Source of the DNA: Macrostomum hystrix
Taxonomy: Eukaryota > Animalia > Platyhelminthes
Direction: 5' to 3'
DNA: 64,000 nucleotides
Assembly (NCBI GenBank): GCA_950097015.1
Contig: CATNEN010000026.1
Coordinates: forward strand, 930,001 to 994,000
Both the position numbers and the translations under genes were made by a program. Numbering within the stretch: the stretch's first letter is position 1; each line of letters starts with the position of its first letter. Positions 59,301-64,000 of the stretch are shown here, in pieces. Below the pieces are notes generated by a model that was not told the origin of the DNA, made no database searches, and worked only from the letters and a program-made list of their open reading frames with translations.

Positions 59301-62300
59301 CGTCGACAAGAGATTGATAGAGTCGATTAGAGATTGATAGAGTCTGCGACAGTTTGGTGGAGAGTCTGCGACAGTTTGGTGGAGAGTCTGCGACAGTTTG
59401 GTGGAGAGTCTGCGACAGTCTGGTGGAGAGTCTGCGACAGTCTGGTGGAGAGTCTGCGACAGTTTGGTGGAGAGTCTGCGACAGTCTGGTGGAGAGTCTG
59501 CGACAGTTTGGTGGAGAGTCTGCGACAGTTTGGTGGAGAGTCTGCGACAGTTTGGTGGAGAGTCTGCGACAGTTTGGTTGAGAGTCTACGAATGTTCGAC
59601 TCGATCCTAGACTCGAATAAGTTTTTTTGTTCAGGTCGTGAACTATTGATTCGTTTGATAAAGTAATTATCGGGTCAAAAAATCATTCTTAGGCGTCAGT
59701 CTCAGTCAGTTGGGCTTTGACTAAGTGAATGGTCACACGGTACCATCAGTAATCGAATTGCAATTCTACTGTTTTAAGCTTTCAATCACTGGCTGCGAAC
59801 CAGATGAAGGGCAGGGACACAGTGACAGAGAAGCTGCCCACGCGAACTGTCACTGCGGGGCTATTTGGGGCACTTGAAGCCTCGGAAAGAAGGCTTGAAA
59901 TCGTCCGCATGCCCAGCTCGGCATGGAATGTTTCTTCCAGTTAAGAATGGGGAGCAAATTCCCAGTAGCCGTGGCGCGGAGACGGGCTGAAGGAGACGAG
60001 TGACTTGCTCACTGATTTCTCATGGGGCCAGCCACTGGCTTGACTGGGTGCCCGCCTCAGAAATACGCGCGATAGCTTGAGCACATTTTCAAACTGGCCC
60101 CGAAAGTGCACTCTGGCAACTCAGCGGGTTCTGGCCAGAAAATGCGGAGCAGTTTTTTTTCTAATTTTAAAAATGACGTTCCGCTTTGGGGAATTAAAGG
60201 GGGGATTCTGGTAGTTAATTGATTCTTACTATCAGTCTAATTGTTTGACGCTTTTAATCAGATTAGACTTTCTGTATAGAATAATTTCGATTTCAGGGAT
60301 CTCTTGAAGTATATTGTAAGGACTGAACATTACTTATTAACACTACTTCATTCTTACTCTATTTACTGCAAATACGAGCTATACAAGCAGAATCAGATGA
60401 AGCAACAATACAATATCTTATTCAGTTAAAATGGATAGAATTTATAAAGTAGTTTTTAAACACTAAATCACGTGATATGCCGTTTCTAAAAATAGAAATA
60501 TTTTCAAACACTAACTGTCGTAGTCGGCAGCTTTGCCTACTTGCGCTATATATGCGTCACTTGGGATTCCCTATTGCCAACACTTACGCAGTGTCGAAAC
60601 GGCTGCCACGTGACAGCTGTGAGCCAATAGCGATATACCTACAAGGGTAGCCAATTGAAACCGCCGGGAAATTTCCAAGGTCGCCCTCATAGAAAAGCAA
60701 ATCACGCGCCTACGGCGTGACTTAAAAATGACCTTAGAAAATACACTAGCTAGACGATGGCTTGCCATTTGATAATTATACAAAGACGCAGGTAACTTCC
60801 CCATCTCCTTGCCCCTGTCGCAAACAGGCGAAGTGATTCGTGGCAAAGCGGACGTTGCCATCGCATCCCTCACAATTACCTCTGAGCGTAGCGAGTACGT
60901 CCTATTTTCGGAGCCCTTCATGAACTTTGGCCTGTCCGTGATCATCAAGAAGCCGCAGAAGACCAAGCCAGGCATGTTCAGCTTCATGCAGCCGCTGGAG
61001 CACCAGCTCTGGGTGGCCATCCTCCTGGCCACCCTGCTCCTGGCAGCTGTGATGGCTGTCTTGGCTCGCGTCAGCCCGCTGGAGTGGAACCTGCAGGTTG
61101 AGCAGCCGGAAGAGCATCGGCGGCAGCCTGACGACAGGTTGAGTTATTGCAATTGAAGTTCGAAATTTTTCTACTCGTAGCTCAAATTTTGTTCAAACTA
61201 AGACGATTAAGGGCAAAAGTACAAACCTGCGTTCGTTATCTGTGTGCGTGTGTGCTCAGGAGTTAGCAGAATTGCCTCCTCGCTGGCTGCGGGTCGACTG
61301 TCAGCAACTGATGTGCCAGTACCCACAGCCCTCCTGCCAATTTTTTTATATAAAAACGAATTAAAGATAATAGCAACCATTCACTACATCCATCTTTAAT
61401 CCTTGAGGGTTAGCTCAACAGCAACCATTCACTACATCCATCTTTAATCCTTGAGGGTTAGCTCTCTTAGATCGGTAACAGTTTTTCTCAAACGAGTGAT
61501 TTCGGACCGCCCCTCAGGTGTTCAGTCGAGGTGGATCAGTTTGGCAGGCTCCAAGCGGTGCAAGCGGAGCCGCTGCCCGCCACGCAAACAGCCGAGCGCA
61601 ACTTCAGCTTGGTAAACAGCATCTGGTTCAGCTTTGCCTCCTTCGTGCAGCAGGGCGTTGACATATCGCCTAGGTCGGCTTCAACTCGCATCATCGGCTC
61701 CTGCTGGTGGGCATTCTCGCTCATCATCATGGCCTACTACACCGCCAACCTCACCGCCTGCCTGACCATCGAGCGACTCATCGCGCCAATTGACAGCGTC
61801 AGCGATCTGGCCAACGAAGCCAAGATGGTCAAGTTTGGCACGCTAAATTCTGGTGAGCACTCCTTCGCTTGCCTTGCTTCAAGGCTACGAAAGAAGGATG
61901 CCGGTATCATCATTAACCTATTGGATGGGATTGTTGTCCCAATAAGGAGCGTATTTTTAGAATTTTAATCAATGCCTGTTTTTACTCAGGAATCGGAGAG
62001 ACATTACTAGCATCAAAAAGAATACGATAAGGCCGTTCAAAACGCATCGCCTTTATTTTGGCAGTCTAGACAGATTTTGCAATTAGCTCTTAGACCGGGG
62101 GTCTACAGAAGCTAGAAAACATAAGGGCTTTCAACCTGCTTGGCAAACGCTTGTCAGAAAACAATGCCCAGTATATGATCTTTTTATCTGGATCAGCGAG
62201 CGCTTTCGCAAAGTGAAGTGGAGTCGCTTCGAAATGCGAGATTTTTAGCTTAGTCTACAAAAGGGATTAATTAGAAGAATTGAGCTGAGCGGCATTCGCA

Positions 62301-64000
62301 AAACGCTGGTAAGGAAGGAAGACAATGCTGCTAGCAGTCCTGATCCTGAACCTGGCAATGCAGCTCCCCTGCTGCAGCTGCCAGCAGGGCTCGAGCCCCG
62401 ACTCGTGCCGCAGTTCCGTCTGGTTCCTGAGCCGGGACAGCACGAAGGAGTACTCACTGCTTGTCTCGTTCCCGGCTACAGGCGAGGCTGCCTGCCTGTT
62501 CGCAGCCGCCGTTGGAGCCGCTGACGCCTCGCCATTAACGAGTCCCGACCAGTTTTTCTCAACGTACGACAATGACAATGACTTGCAAGACTATCCGATT
62601 AGCTGCGCTGCAAGACCCTTTTCAGGCTGGTGGTTCGGCAGCTGCTTCTTTTTCAACCCAAACGGACGCTACGTGGATACAGAAGCTACCAGTCCGGGAC
62701 AGACAGGCGGGCCCTGCCTAGTCTACACATGGCCCGGCTCCTCTTACCCGTTTGTTATGTGGTACTCGGTGCGAGAGTTCGAGTGCCTCGTCACCGAGTT
62801 TGTCTAGGCTTCAGTCTTTAGACAGTCGCAGTACGCATAACTTGAGATCAAAACAGCTGGCCCTTGATTACACTCCGTTAACTAGTTTCTTTCTCTAACA
62901 AATATATCTAACAGTTCGGCAGATTTTAGGCTACAAATGTGTAATTTAAGAAATCTCACAAAGATATCCACGACTTTGTGGCGTGTCGCGGAAGGCCTCT
63001 TGTTTTCACTAAGTCCGGTCTGGGGGCGTTTTACAAACCCGAAATTTCACAACGTCGAACAAGATCGGAATTTCACTACGCCGAATAGCATTGCTGAGAT
63101 GAGAGACTTCATGACGTCACAAAGTCTCCTATTTTTGCAGTGCAATTCGACGTTGTGAAGCCTTGTGCAATTCGACGTTGTGAAGCCTTGTGCAATTCGA
63201 CGTTGTCAAATTTAAACGTAATCAAATTTCGGGTTTGCGAAGGCGCCCCCGGTCTATGTATCGATTATTTTCCTGCCCCAGTGGGCCACCTCCAGTCTAG
63301 CCCACGCTCTTGTTTCTCTTACCCCTTTTGATTATATTCGGCCTGCCTTTTTAACTCAATGTACGCTGTAACCCTCTCCGTCTACCCCCTCTGAGCCTGC
63401 CTGCTTTGTTCACTCACCCTTCTGCCTTCATTGTTATCAGCTCAAAATAGATTTATGAGTTGGGGGCTCTGCTTTGATCGCGCCTTGGTTGTCTCTGCCG
63501 CCGCCTCTTACTAAAACTCATCCAATTCTTTGTTAATTTCGCATGCCGATTTAGTCGTAAACTTGATTGAGGCGAATGCTTTAATATCCCCGACTTATAA
63601 ACAAAGACTATTCAAAACTTCTCGGTTCAAAATTGAGTTCGTAGCCAAGCGAACAACCTGCAGCGTCACAATAAATTATTTCCCCGCATTCCAGGTTCAA
63701 CCAAGGAGTTCTTCCGCCGCTCGGAGGAGCCAACCTACAAGAAGATGTTCGAGCTGATGGAGCGAGACAAATCAGCGTATGCCAACTCGCTGAAGGAGGG
63801 CATCGACAGGGTGATCGAGTCGGACGGAAAGTACGCCTTCATTCTGGAGTCGAAGACCAACATCTACACCAATAACCGGAAGCCCTGCGTCACTATGATG
63901 GTCGGGCAGGAGTTCAGCCTGAAGGGCTACGGCATCGCCATCAGTCAGGAGAAGCACGAGCTGCGCGAGCGAATCAACGAGGCCGTCTTACAGCTGCGCG
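56366..64000 (+). CDS. Ionotropic glutamate receptor subunit (AMPA/kainate-like), 3' end truncated by the window
   Basis: Exons 56366-57223, 57973-58747, 60828-61137, 61518-61852, 63695->64000, phases consistent; signal peptide, [52 protein letters not shown]. Confidence 0.93.
57340..57605 (+). mobile_element. SINE family A, diverged copy in iGluR intron 1
   Basis: ctgagctcgaatcc head, gtacactgcctga body, gcagaattgcctcctcgctgg tail. Confidence 0.7.
57615..57940. repeat. 54-bp minisatellite, about 6 units
   Basis: ggggctggtttgtctgggtggcctggaagtagagtgctaggtcagccagagcaa. Confidence 0.95.
58812..59590. repeat. Adjacent 20-bp (GATAGAGTCGATGAGAGATT) and 22-bp (GAGAGTCTGCGACAGTTTGGTG) minisatellites
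   Basis: Direct reading; junction at about 59340. Confidence 0.95.
61240..61340 (+). mobile_element. SINE family A, tail fragment
   Basis: gtgtgtgctcaggagttagcagaattgcctcctcgctggctgcgggtc...acccacagccc. Confidence 0.75.
62325..62807 (+). CDS. Short secreted fibrinogen-related-domain (FReD) protein nested in an iGluR intron, 160 aa
   Basis: Hydrophobic N-terminus [12 protein letters not shown]; [34 protein letters not shown] match the fibrinogen C-terminal signature; lies in intron 61853-63694. Confidence 0.75.
   Translation: MLLAVLILNLAMQLPCCSCQQGSSPDSCRSSVWFLSRDSTKEYSLLVSFPATGEAACLFAAAVGAADASPLTSPDQFFSTYDNDNDLQDYPISCAARPFSGWWFGSCFFFNPNGRYVDTEATSPGQTGGPCLVYTWPGSSYPFVMWYSVREFECLVTEFV

Overview
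Eukaryotic animal genomic DNA with GT-AG introns, GC-rich exons and very dense minisatellites. The style suggests a free-living flatworm such as Macrostomum, but this is inference and not proven. Genes I could reconstruct exon by exon: teashirt/tiptop zinc-finger TF (+), an intronless DEG/ENaC channel (+), a CPI-17/PHI-1 (PPP1R14) PP1 inhibitor (-), a POLR1D-isoform-2-like protein with an 11-aa RSP repeat (+), an ammonium transporter with two alternative TM1 exons (-), CFAP69 (-), a compact two-exon neuropeptide prohormone (+), a type II pantothenate kinase (-), and an AMPA/kainate-like iGluR (+, truncated by the window end) with a short secreted fibrinogen-domain ORF nested in one intron. Mobile DNA: a 3.9-kb Foldback/Mutator-like element with long tandem-repeat TIRs and decayed transposase, Ulp1-protease and PHD remnants, two tRNA-headed SINE families, and several MITE-like palindromes. 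Most interesting candidates: (1) the prohormone with a PDF-like 18-mer; (2) a cluster of TCF sites in the teashirt intron, plus a downstream 31-bp minisatellite whose unit is itself a bipartite TCF HMG+Helper site; (3) the FB/MULE-Ulp1-PHD element; (4) the duplicated Amt TM1 exons; (5) a non-canonical iGluR gate (YYTANLTAC); (6) inverted minisatellite arrays bracketing three PanK exons. Family assignments come from remembered motifs; no database search was run. Repeat boundaries are approximate.
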